The notes under the pieces: model-generated | What the model saw: the letters and a program-made list of their open reading frames with translations, nothing else | What the model was told of the DNA's origin: nothing | Databases searched by the model: none | Translations under genes and position numbers: made by a program | Shown here: positions 9,373 to 18,123 of the stretch, in pieces | Layout of the letters: every line of letters begins with the position of its first letter | Numbering within the stretch: the first letter of the stretch is position 1 | Origin: an uncultured Pseudomonadota bacterium | GTDB taxonomy: Bacteria > Oederibacteriota > Muellerivitia > Muellerivitales > Muellerivitaceae | Reading direction: 5' to 3' | Length of the DNA stretch: 64,000 nucleotides | Assembly: GCA_963843375.1 (NCBI GenBank) | Contig: CAWJKT010000007.1 | Location: 53,683-117,682 of the forward strand

Positions 9373-10506
9373 TTATTTTGAGTGTCGGGCGCGAAATCCA
9401 TCCATAAACTCCAAGAGTCGGTTCACATCCTCTTGCGTCACGGCGTTATAAAGGGAGGCCCGAAGCCCACCCAGTGAGCGGTGGCCTTCCAGACCGTAAA
9501 AACCGGCGGCGGTGGCTTCCTCCAGAAACGTCTTATCCAGTTCCGGGCTGCCTAGGCGGAAAACAACGTTCATAAAGGACCGGTCCTTCTTGGCCCCATG
9601 AATCCGGAAGAAGTCGGGATGTCGGTCCAGCAGGCCATAGAGGGCCAGGGCTTTTTTTTCGTTGAGGACTGCCATTTTTTGGAGGCCTCCGATTTTGTTC
9701 CTCAACCATCGGGCGACCAGCAAGGCGACATAAATGGAGAAAACAGGCGGGGTGTTATAGATGGAGTCCATTTCCGCGTGGTTGCGGTAATCAAGCATGC
9801 TGGGAATGGAGTTAGGAGCGCCCTTTAGGAGGTCATCCTTGAGGATGACCAGGGTCAGTCCCGCCGGGCCCAGGTTCTTTTGGGCGTGGGCGTAAACAAG
9901 GCTGTAGTCTTTGATGTCAAAAGGGTAGCTTAAAAAATCCGATGACATGTCGCAGACCCGTTTGACGCCCTTCAATCCCGGCAGAAAGTGAAATTGCAAT
10001 CCTTCCACCGTTTCATTGGAGACATAGTGGAAATAAGCCGCTTGAGCGTCATAGGTCAGTTCACTCGCCTCGGGCAACCGAGTGTAGCCGCCACCCTCGC
10101 CATCATAAAGAACCCGCACCGGCCCTTCCAAACGCGCGTCCGGAATGGACTTGGCACTCCAGTACCCAGTCTTTAGGTATTCGGCTGTCTTTCCCTTCCC
10201 ACGCAAAAGTAGCATTGGAATCATGGAAAATTGGAGGCTGCTGCCCCCCTGGAGTTGGAGAACATGGTAATCAACAGGGATATTCAGTATTTCCCGAAAG
10301 AGGGCTTCCGATTCCTGGAGTATGGCCTTGAAATAATCGGAGCGGTGGCTAATCCCCAGAATGGACTGGTGGGTTCCTGGGGCCTGAAGGATGGCTTCAC
10401 TGGCTTCCACGAGCACCTCGTGGGGCAAGGCTCCGGGCCCGCCTGAAAAATTGAGACTTGAGTTCACTGGCCAACTTGGTCCTTTGAATATTAAAATCGA
10501 AAGCAA
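9373..10506 (-). CDS. serC: phosphoserine aminotransferase
   Basis: NFSGGPGALP, ISHRS, QGGSSLQF, SNETVEG, DMSSD, AQKNLGPAG, NTPP and GHRSLGGLRASLYNA. True start may be a GTG about 40 nt downstream. Confidence 0.93.
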   Translation of the reverse strand: MLSILIFKGPSWPVNSSLNFSGGPGALPHEVLVEASEAILQAPGTHQSILGISHRSDYFKAILQESEALFREILNIPVDYHVLQLQGGSSLQFSMIPMLLLRGKGKTAEYLKTGYWSAKSIPDARLEGPVRVLYDGEGGGYTRLPEASELTYDAQAAYFHYVSNETVEGLQFHFLPGLKGVKRVCDMSSDFLSYPFDIKDYSLVYAHAQKNLGPAGLTLVILKDDLLKGAPNSIPSMLDYRNHAEMDSIYNTPPVFSIYVALLVARWLRNKIGGLQKMAVLNEKKALALYGLLDRHPDFFRIHGAKKDRSFMNVVFRLGSPELDKTFLEEATAAGFYGLEGHRSLGGLRASLYNAVTQEDVNRLLEFMDGFRARHSK

Positions 10507-10515
10507 AACCTATTT

Positions 10516-10622
10516 AACCACGAAGACACGAAGGATACAAAGAATAGCGAATGAAAGAAGTTGCGAAGAAACCCCCGCAAATCCATTTTTTCTTTCTTTG
10601 CACCTTTCGCGGCTCGTGACTT
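10516..10622. repeat. degenerate long inverted repeat (REP/MITE-like hairpin)
   Basis: Arms AACCACGAAGACACGAAGGATACAAAGA and TCTTTGCACCTTTCGCGGCTCGTGACTT, with inner stems GAAAGAA/TTCTTTC and TTGCG/CGCAA. Confidence 0.5.
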
Positions 10623-11678
10623 TTACCGCCTTTGATTTATTTCGCTGAAGCATTCAAAACATCCTCCAATAGTTTGCGGCTGAAAGCCTGGTCGCGGAAA
10701 GGGAAAAAGTGTGGCATTGGGAGTGAAGGTAAACTCGCTGAAATAGACTCCTTCCGGCAGGTCGTATAAATCTACCCTTACGAAATCAAAGGGCTTGGAT
10801 AGTTCCGAAGCGGTTTGGATCAACTTGTCCCAGTGGGCCGGTTTTTCAGGCAAGAGGTCTGGCAGGGGAAAGAGATCCCGAATGATGATCTGCCGGTGCT
10901 CTGGCACAGTGAAAAGGGCCTGACGGTGGTCGGCAAACCGGCCCTCGTCATACTGGCAGAAATGTACCTTGCCGCGCGATGCGTAAAACCTGAAATCCGG
11001 GGGAGGATGATACCTCATCCCGCCTTTTCCAAAGGAAACGGTGGAAGGCAGGCATTCTTCCACCATAATTTTCGGCTTCAGCTTCATGTATTGGACTTCG
11101 TATTCATTTAAAAAGTAATTACGGCGGGCTAATTGGTGCATCACAAAAGTCTGTTGAATGATCGTCGGCAAATCGCCGGTCCCCAAAAAAACAACGCCCC
11201 CCGAAGTATGAGTGGGTTTAGCAACCAGGTTTTTGCCGACATAGGGATATAAAAAAACACCCACCTCTTCCAAGGTGGTTTCGGGGGTGAGGGGAAGAAC
11301 GGATATGGGCAAGGGAGCCCTGATGCCAGGGGAAAGGGTGGAGGCGATGATTTTGGCCTCTTCCTTATCGACGCAGAGTTCCTCATAGGGGGTAAAGGGG
11401 CCAGTCATCCGACGAAAGACATAATCCTCGAAGGTGGCTTGGTGAGAGGCAATGAACCGGGGCCATCGCTGGTGTTTTTTGATAAATTTCGGAAGGGCTA
11501 AGAGCTTGATGGCCCAAAATTGCCGCTTCAACGCCAGCCGCTCCAAAATCGTTTGTAGCCACTTTTTCAAGATCGAGTCCGTATGGATAAGATGTCGCGC
11601 CCAAAACTCAATAACCTGCTTTAAATTGAGACGTTTGTAAAGAACCAGGGAGCCGTTGGCTCGCAAGATAAGAAACAA
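10623..11678 (-). CDS. TupA-like ATP-grasp amidoligase
   Basis: CVDKEEAK, VAKPTHTSG, PKIMVEE, DFRFY and LSKPFDFVRVDLY...VYFSEFTFTP. A probable 1-nt error near 10700 means the true end may be the TAA at 10637. Confidence 0.85.
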   Translation of the reverse strand: MFLILRANGSLVLYKRLNLKQVIEFWARHLIHTDSILKKWLQTILERLALKRQFWAIKLLALPKFIKKHQRWPRFIASHQATFEDYVFRRMTGPFTPYEELCVDKEEAKIIASTLSPGIRAPLPISVLPLTPETTLEEVGVFLYPYVGKNLVAKPTHTSGGVVFLGTGDLPTIIQQTFVMHQLARRNYFLNEYEVQYMKLKPKIMVEECLPSTVSFGKGGMRYHPPPDFRFYASRGKVHFCQYDEGRFADHRQALFTVPEHRQIIIRDLFPLPDLLPEKPAHWDKLIQTASELSKPFDFVRVDLYDLPEGVYFSEFTFTPNATLFPFPRPGFQPQTIGGCFECFSEINQRR

Positions 11679-11872
11679 TTTCGGCCTCAGTTTTATCTAA
11701 CGGCTAAAACCAGATGTCCTGAATCCTTTAAAGTGTTACCTCTCAGCCGGAGCCCCCAAACCCACTTTTCCAAGCCATTTGGAGGCCGTTTTGGATAATG
11801 TCCCCCTCCTTGAAACTTTCACCGCCTGATTCCTAAGGATAAATCATAACCTTTATTCAAAAGGAGGGTGCT

Positions 11873-12220
11873 ATGGCACTAACAACGGAAATGGTTCAGG
11901 AACACATGAAGAAAGGGGCGGTCGTGATCAATGTTTTGGACAAGCCCGCTTTTAATGATATTCATATCAAAGGTTCCATTAATATTCCCCTCAGCAAGAA
12001 GAGTGACGATGAGTTTGTGGTCGATGTGGAAAGAAAGGTGGGCCACGGGAAATTCATCATCACCCATTGCAGCGGAGTAAGCTGCATGGCGGGCCCGCGC
12101 GCGGCTCAAATATTGAAAGCCCGAAAATATATGGCTGAGGATTACCCCGGCGGTATGGAAGAATGGGCCAACGCTAAACTTCCAATGGAGGGGAAGAAAG
12201 CTATTGCCTATGCTTCTTAA
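11873..12220 (+). CDS. rhodanese-like domain protein
   Basis: HIKGSINIP, active-site-like HCSGVSC, YPGGMEEW, RBS AGGAGG. Confidence 0.88.
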   Translation: MALTTEMVQEHMKKGAVVINVLDKPAFNDIHIKGSINIPLSKKSDDEFVVDVERKVGHGKFIITHCSGVSCMAGPRAAQILKARKYMAEDYPGGMEEWANAKLPMEGKKAIAYAS

Positions 12221-12240
12221 TTGTTCAATCGTATAAAATC

Positions 12241-12274
12241 AAAAGGAGCTACCGGTCAACCGCAGGCTCCTTTT
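12241..12274 (+). terminator. putative intrinsic terminator
   Basis: AAAAGGAGC...GCTCCTTTT inverted repeat directly after the rhodanese stop codon. Confidence 0.6.
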
Positions 12275-12310
12275 GGTATACTCCTACCAATTCGCTTAAA
12301 GGAGAACGCT

Positions 12311-13150
12311 TTGCCCGATTCCCCCATCCACCTCATGGTAGCAACTCCCTGTTTCGATGGCCATATGACCGGCATCTATTCCAATTCCATGCTGAAGCTC
12401 CAACAAAATTTATTCCAGCGGCAAATACCAATTTCCGTGAAGACCATTCTGGGGGATGCCCTCATCACCCGGGCACGCCAAAATCTCCTGGCCACCTTCA
12501 TGGATAACGAGATCGCCACCCATCTTTTGTTTATCGACTCGGACATCGGTTTTGAACCCGCCCAGGTTTTCCGGCTATTGGATTACGGTGCGGATTTCAC
12601 CGCCGCCGCTTACCCGGTTAAAAATATCAACTGGCATAAGTTGTCTGAATTGGCCAAAGCGGATATGCCCAATCTTCATTCCGCATCTTTGGATTACGTA
12701 GTGGAATTCGAAAACCCTAAGGCCATCCAGATCGAAAGGGGTTTCGCCAAAGTTCAGGCGGCGGGAACCGGGTTTCTGATGATTCGCAAACCGGCCCTCC
12801 AACGGATGATGGAACACTATTCCGGCTTGCGTTATTCCCGGGACTTGGTGATTCACGACGAATGGAAGAATTCCAAATGGCGCTATGCCCTTTTCAACTG
12901 CATGATCGACGAAAAGACGGGGATTTATTTAAGTGAAGATTACAGCTTTTGCCGCCGCTGGACCGATATGGGCGGCGAGATATGGCTAGACCTTCAAAGC
13001 AGTCTCATCCATGCGGGCACCACTTATTTCAAGGGGGATATGACTACTCAGATCCAGAGACCAAAGGAACAAAAACCTCCGGATGAAAAACCCAAAAAGG
13101 GAAAAACGAAGGGGTTGAGAATTGTCAAAAGAGACGAAAAGTTGAATTGA
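12311..13150 (+). CDS. GT-A fold glycosyltransferase-like protein
   Basis: VATPC, LITRARQ, THLLFIDSDI, AGTGFLMIRK and YLSEDYSFCRRW..GGEIW motifs. TTG start at 12311 after AAGGAG. Confidence 0.75.
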   Translation: MPDSPIHLMVATPCFDGHMTGIYSNSMLKLQQNLFQRQIPISVKTILGDALITRARQNLLATFMDNEIATHLLFIDSDIGFEPAQVFRLLDYGADFTAAAYPVKNINWHKLSELAKADMPNLHSASLDYVVEFENPKAIQIERGFAKVQAAGTGFLMIRKPALQRMMEHYSGLRYSRDLVIHDEWKNSKWRYALFNCMIDEKTGIYLSEDYSFCRRWTDMGGEIWLDLQSSLIHAGTTYFKGDMTTQIQRPKEQKPPDEKPKKGKTKGLRIVKRDEKLN

Positions 13151-13220
13151 TATAAAAGAACTGCAACTTTTGATTTTGTCCTATTTGGATCCCCACTCCG
13201 TATGGACAGAATGAATCTTT

Positions 13221-13958
13221 TCAAAGAATTTCACTAAAACAATCCATAACCGAAGCCTTGATAGGCATGAAGTAGGCGTTTCCATTCATCGAAGTAATTC
13301 TACTCAAAACCGTTTTGGCAAAATCACGATTCCATTCTAGAGTCGGTTTAAAACTACTTGGAAAAATCACTTTATTTCTTGTTTCCCAATAATTTTTTGA
13401 ATTCATACTTAAAACCGGAGAAACTCCCCAAAAGACTTCGTAAGATCGAAGTAATTCAGCGTGAATATCAAAAAGACGTATATCAAAAAATGGTTGGGTA
13501 AAAAAGCCATCAGCACCGGCATCCCGCTTGGCATGGGCATATTCAAGTTCCTTGTGTATTCCTTGTCGATAGGGATCGAAAGCCGCATAAATTTTTATTC
13601 CTGAAATTTCCGTTTTGAATTTTTTAATGACTTCCAATACATCTGATGGATACATTTTCCTGGACATGTCTTGTGGAATGTCACCGCTAATAACAATGAT
13701 TTCTTTCAAGTTATTCTCAGAAAGGAAAGTCCCCATCGGCAACGGTTCGTTCAAATTAATGTCAACAGCCCTTATGTGAGGTATCGCGTTTTCAAAAAAT
13801 GGTTTCACATGTCCACAAGCTACCCAACTTCTCAAATCAAACCGCAATAAATCGGGAATGTTTATTGTGGTTACTTTTTTAAGATTTTTCGAGATCTTTT
13901 CGACTTCGTCCAATATGGACTCTTTATTTCTTGGCACCAATTCCAATGAAATTCTCAT
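13221..13958 (-). CDS. methylenetetrahydrofolate reductase-like (MetF family) protein, short form
   Basis: ISLELVP, INIPD, IPHIRA, ISGD and K..AGADGFFTQPFFD motifs. AT-richer than the flanking genes. Confidence 0.75.
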   Translation of the reverse strand: MRISLELVPRNKESILDEVEKISKNLKKVTTINIPDLLRFDLRSWVACGHVKPFFENAIPHIRAVDINLNEPLPMGTFLSENNLKEIIVISGDIPQDMSRKMYPSDVLEVIKKFKTEISGIKIYAAFDPYRQGIHKELEYAHAKRDAGADGFFTQPFFDIRLFDIHAELLRSYEVFWGVSPVLSMNSKNYWETRNKVIFPSSFKPTLEWNRDFAKTVLSRITSMNGNAYFMPIKASVMDCFSEIL

Positions 13959-14037
13959 TAATTAGCTCCCATTCCGCACGATTTGCGAACCATCAAATTC
14001 CTCGTAAAACTGTTTAGGGTTTCTGGACATGAACAAG

Positions 14038-14874
14038 TTAATGGTCTTGACTCATTTTCTCAAGTTCGGCTTCACTGGCGCAATCTTTGATATATATCTG
14101 TTGTTTCGAAGAATCTAATCGGGGATCAAAATCGGTCCAAACTAAACTCATTGTGTTTTTTCCTGTCTTTTTCCATTCTGTTAAAGGTGGTTCAAAATCA
14201 AAATCATCACCATCGGTCCCTTCCCCTAAGACTAAATCAGCTTTCAATTCCCCGATGGTTCCGTGCCACCCTCCGCCCGTATGGGTGATATAGGTAAATT
14301 CCGTGCACGGGACATGACTCGGGTTATCGGTTTCATAACGTCTCTCCAAAATTTTGTGGCCCCCAGGTGGGATAATCATTTGGACGACATACCAAGCCAC
14401 TAGGTCCCCAGTTTGATCGGTAGAGGGTACCCAATCAGTGTTATCCACATAACCAAATTTCACCTCGGATGGGATTTCAATACCATTCAAAAGAGTAGTT
14501 AGGTTTTCCAAAGGAGAATAAGTTGTACCAACGTAGGCATTCGAAGGGTAGGGTTCGGAAAAACGGCCCGTTTTTTTCGCTTTTTCGATCCCAAGTGCGA
14601 TGTCAGGAAACCCCGTTAATTGGGTAACTGCTTGTTGGGTATTTGTATTCACGAAATAAAATCTAGCGATCACTTGAGTAGAAGTGGTTTTAAAAATAAA
14701 TTTTAAATACTCTTTTTCCATTCGGATCGGGCTTTTTTTCTTAAGTGAAAATGGATAAACCATGGCGCCATAAGCACCGTCGTTTTGATTGACCGGGGAA
14801 TCGTCGGCCAAGAGTGGCAAATTAAAAGAATTAAATAAAACCAACAAAACAAACACCCTCAAATAAATATTCAA
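14038..14874 (-). CDS. secreted hypothetical protein, DUF4424-like
   Basis: Signal peptide, IRMEKEYLKF, YFVN, TGFP and FTYITHTGGGWHGTIGE pattern. AT-rich. Confidence 0.6.
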   Translation of the reverse strand: MNIYLRVFVLLVLFNSFNLPLLADDSPVNQNDGAYGAMVYPFSLKKKSPIRMEKEYLKFIFKTTSTQVIARFYFVNTNTQQAVTQLTGFPDIALGIEKAKKTGRFSEPYPSNAYVGTTYSPLENLTTLLNGIEIPSEVKFGYVDNTDWVPSTDQTGDLVAWYVVQMIIPPGGHKILERRYETDNPSHVPCTEFTYITHTGGGWHGTIGELKADLVLGEGTDGDDFDFEPPLTEWKKTGKNTMSLVWTDFDPRLDSSKQQIYIKDCASEAELEKMSQDH

Positions 14875-14883
14875 ATTGAATAC

Positions 14884-14905
14884 CTCCCCAGGTTGGACTC
14901 GAACC
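14884..14905 (-). other. tRNA 3'-end fragment (T-loop plus acceptor strand), att-site-like remnant
   Basis: Minus strand reads GGTTCGAGTCCAACCTGGGGAG, a typical tRNA(Asn-like) 3' half with no upstream tRNA body and no CCA. Confidence 0.5.
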
Positions 14906-15058
14906 GCTCCCCCCTAATCTTTGAATTTCCATATTTTAACTATTAAGAAGGACTATTTCTGATTCTAATCTTCCGACTCGGTATTAGTCTTTAAGACACT
15001 CTGTATTGGAAAATGTGCTGGGCAGTTTCTAGAAAACCAATCGAGCTCCTCGAAAGTC

Positions 15059-16300
15059 TTAAGAAAGAATCCCCAAAGACGTGTCCGGTTGGAAGCTTGG
15101 GAAAATACTGGTCACATCCATAATCCCAAGATGGCTTGCAAGAGCCTCGGTCAAAACCTGGCGGAAATCGGTGGTTACTTGTAGGTCCCTACCCTCGAAA
15201 AGATTTTCTGGCTCTAATCCTGGCCAGCGACCATAAACCTTGCCACCTTTGATTCCCCCGCCTAAAAGTAACATGATGCTGGCATGACCGTGATCCGTAC
15301 CCCGATTGCCATTCTCCTGCAGAGTGCGTCCGAACTCGGTCAATGAAACTAAAAGTACGTCCCCCGATTGGTCCCCTAGGTCCTTATAGAATGCGGCAAG
15401 CGCCCCGCCCAGGTCGGTTAACCCCTTTTGGAGCCGGTTTTCTTCCTGCACATGATCGTCCCAACCTCCAATATCCACGAAGCCCACTTTCAAGCCCAGT
15501 TTGGCTTTGATGACACGGGCCAATTGAAAAAAGCTTTGGCTTTCTTTGCTCTTGGGGTAACCCGCATCTTCCGCATTCTGGGGGCCCTCAGCCAGTACTT
15601 TTTGTAGGGCATCAACCGATTCGCTGGTTTCCCTGCCCGCCCCCGAAAGCAGGCTATCGATGCTTTGATCGTACATGGCATCGAAAGAGGCCTCTTCATC
15701 AGCCCCGCCGTAAAACCGGTAATTTTGTAAGTTGGTAAAGGTGGTCACTGGAAAATCGCCCCTTAAGATGCGGGGCAGGCGGGGCGAAACAGCCACCGCC
15801 GCAATAGAGGATTTAGAAACCTTGGGGAAGGTTTGCAAAGCCCGGTTGAGCCAACCGTCGGTGGTAATTTTGATCCCTGGGGTTCCTGTTTCCATATTGT
15901 CCTGGGCGTCGAAATGGGAGCGGGTTCCATCAGGACTACCCACCGCCTGGATCAAGGCAAAGTTACCGGATTTCCAAAGGGGCATCAGGGGCTCAAGGGC
16001 TGGATGGAGTCCAAAATGGCCATCCAAATCAATAACTCCCTTATCCTGGCCCGGTTCTCCTAGGCCGATGGTTGGGCGACTATTGCGGTAGATGGCGTCC
16101 TTAAACGGCACCACGATATTCAATCCATCCGCCGCTCCCCTTTGAAAGAGTACCACCAAAGTTTTGCCGGATAAGGAAGGGCTGGAAGCAGCGGCCAAGA
16201 CCCATTTGGGCATGGTATAAAAAGCCATGCTGGTGGCCAGGACCCCGCTCACCTTCAAAAAATCCCTGCGGGATAATTTTACTTCTTTGAAATTTTCCAT
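15059..16300 (-). CDS. DUF1501 family protein with Tat signal
   Basis: SRRDFLK Tat motif, LVVLFQRGAADGLN, RSHFDAQ, GGWDDH, TEFGRT..ENGNRGTDHG. Confidence 0.92.
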   Translation of the reverse strand: MENFKEVKLSRRDFLKVSGVLATSMAFYTMPKWVLAAASSPSLSGKTLVVLFQRGAADGLNIVVPFKDAIYRNSRPTIGLGEPGQDKGVIDLDGHFGLHPALEPLMPLWKSGNFALIQAVGSPDGTRSHFDAQDNMETGTPGIKITTDGWLNRALQTFPKVSKSSIAAVAVSPRLPRILRGDFPVTTFTNLQNYRFYGGADEEASFDAMYDQSIDSLLSGAGRETSESVDALQKVLAEGPQNAEDAGYPKSKESQSFFQLARVIKAKLGLKVGFVDIGGWDDHVQEENRLQKGLTDLGGALAAFYKDLGDQSGDVLLVSLTEFGRTLQENGNRGTDHGHASIMLLLGGGIKGGKVYGRWPGLEPENLFEGRDLQVTTDFRQVLTEALASHLGIMDVTSIFPSFQPDTSLGILS

Positions 16301-16332
16301 TTTATCTCTCCATAACCAAACTTGAATTGCGG

Positions 16333-18009
16333 CTACCGCCGCTGGAAATCGGGGGAACCCAGTACCAGCGCTCCCAGTTTCACTACCTGAATATCTTTTT
16401 GCTTGTCGTCCAAAACGGCATGGGTGATTTCGGGATCTTCCAGCCTATTGACCAGCACCCTCTTCGTGGAAGCGGACACTTGACCTTGTAGGAAAGCTTT
16501 GAAGAACCCGGTTAGAATTTTCTTTTCGTCCGTGGAATCAATAGCGGGAACTAACTCAACCAAGTCCACCTTGGCTGGCCCACGGTTGCTTAATAGCCCC
16601 AAACCGAAGTTCATTCGATTAAGTAGTTCCCCGGAGGAAATCCAGGATTTGGCGTCGTCCGGATAGCCCGTGGGAGGTTCACATTGATAAAGGGGTTCTC
16701 CCATGCCGCCAAGCACCTGGGAAAGCTTCACCGGATCCTCCAGCTTGGCATCGGTAACCCGAAGAGCGCTGGCCAGGAATTCCAGGGGCGTTTTGACCTT
16801 GGCACGGTAATAAGCGGGGTCATAAAACTCCGGGTCGGTAAAAAGGGTCCGCAGCATCTCGCGGATATCTCCGTCGGTTTCGATATACTTGTCCGCCACC
16901 TTTTGGACCAGATCCTCCGGCGGGTTGTCGGATACGAAATGGCGACAAAGTTTGGTGGCAATAAAGTGGGCCGTAGCCGGCTGGCGGCAGAGAAAGTCCA
17001 GAACCCGGTCCCCCTCATCCTGCGCCATTTTGTCCGCTACCTCGGGCCCAAACTTTTGGCCTAAGATTACCTTCTCACCCAGGTCGTGCATGCGGGGATG
17101 GAATTGGAACTGGAAGATGGTGTTCGGGTCGATGTTTTTGTGGTCGGGCTTGAAGAGGAAATAAGGCCCCTGGAAACTCCAGCCCGTCAGGGCGCGGGCC
17201 ACCTGGATGACATCGTGCTGGCTGTAACCACCATCCACTCCCAGGGTGTGCAGTTCCATCAGTTCCCGGGCGTAATTTTCGTTGAGGCCCACGTTTTGTT
17301 TGGGCTTACCCGCGCGGTTTTCCATCATGGACATCATCTGGGGATAGGACCGCCATCTCGTCCTCCGGCACGTACCGGGGGTCTACCGTGCTGGTGGCGT
17401 TATCCAGGTATTCCATCATGGCGGGACTATGGGCCACAGCCCCTACAAGATCCCTGAACTTCCCGAATACCCGAGGACGGATGACGTCCCGCTCGTAGGA
17501 AGTCAGCATCCATTTCACTTGGTTCTTCTGGAAGCTGACGTTGAAATGATTAAACCAGAAATCGGTCATGACTTCCTGGAGCTGGCGTTTGCTGTCGAGG
17601 ATTCGGGTGAGCTTGGCCGCGGAAAGTTCCACCAGGATGGCCTTCGGTTTCTCGTTGATGGCTTTAATTTTTTCCGGGTCAATCCCATCCAGTTTGGCTT
17701 TTTTAAGACAAATTGGGCTGGGGGATAGGCCTTGAACAGATCATAGCTGGACATCTTCAAGGTGGGATAGTTTTCCAGTTCCTTTTCACAATTGCTGTCA
17801 TTGATCTGGTCGGGGTTCAACTGTTCTTCAATAAAGACTTTGGGGCCCAACTTGTAAATCCTCGCCAGATCACCCGGTTTGGGGCCAAAGGTCAGCCGAT
17901 CCAAAAGGTGGATGCACTTCTGCGAGTAAGTTAAGGGGCTGGTATGGGCCAAACAGGGCCAGGAAAGGGAAAGAATGGCTCCAGCCCACATAACAGAAAG
18001 TATCTTCAT
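16333..18009 (-). CDS. DUF1800 family protein, split by two apparent frameshifts
   Basis: Three overlapping ORFs (17566-18009, 17306-17632, 16333-17337) carry consecutive DUF1800 motifs: HLLDRLTFG, QLQEVMTDFWFNHFNV, YLDN, NENYARELMELHTLG, PPTGYP. Confidence 0.88.
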
Positions 18010-18049
18010 GGCGGGCTTTTCCTTTATTTATTCGATATCTCCTAATTCT

Positions 18050-18078
18050 TTAGACGAAAGACTCCCGGTTAAAGTTCA
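18050..18078 (-). promoter_or_regulatory. ECF sigma-type promoter upstream of DUF1800-DUF1501
   Basis: Minus strand TGAAC-N17-CGTCTAA about 40 nt before the ATG. Confidence 0.55.
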
Positions 18079-18123
18079 AGTAAGGCGTGATAAGACAAGT
18101 GGTGGTAACCTAGACCTATTCCC

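Noticed and set aside
13221..14905. AT-rich co-oriented genes as integron cassettes
   Set aside because: No convincing attC (RYYYAAC...GTTRRRY with internal symmetry) and no integrase seen.
16333..18009. DUF1800 as three separate genes or a pseudogene
   Set aside because: The fragments are collinear pieces of one family member, and the same indel error pattern occurs elsewhere in the contig.
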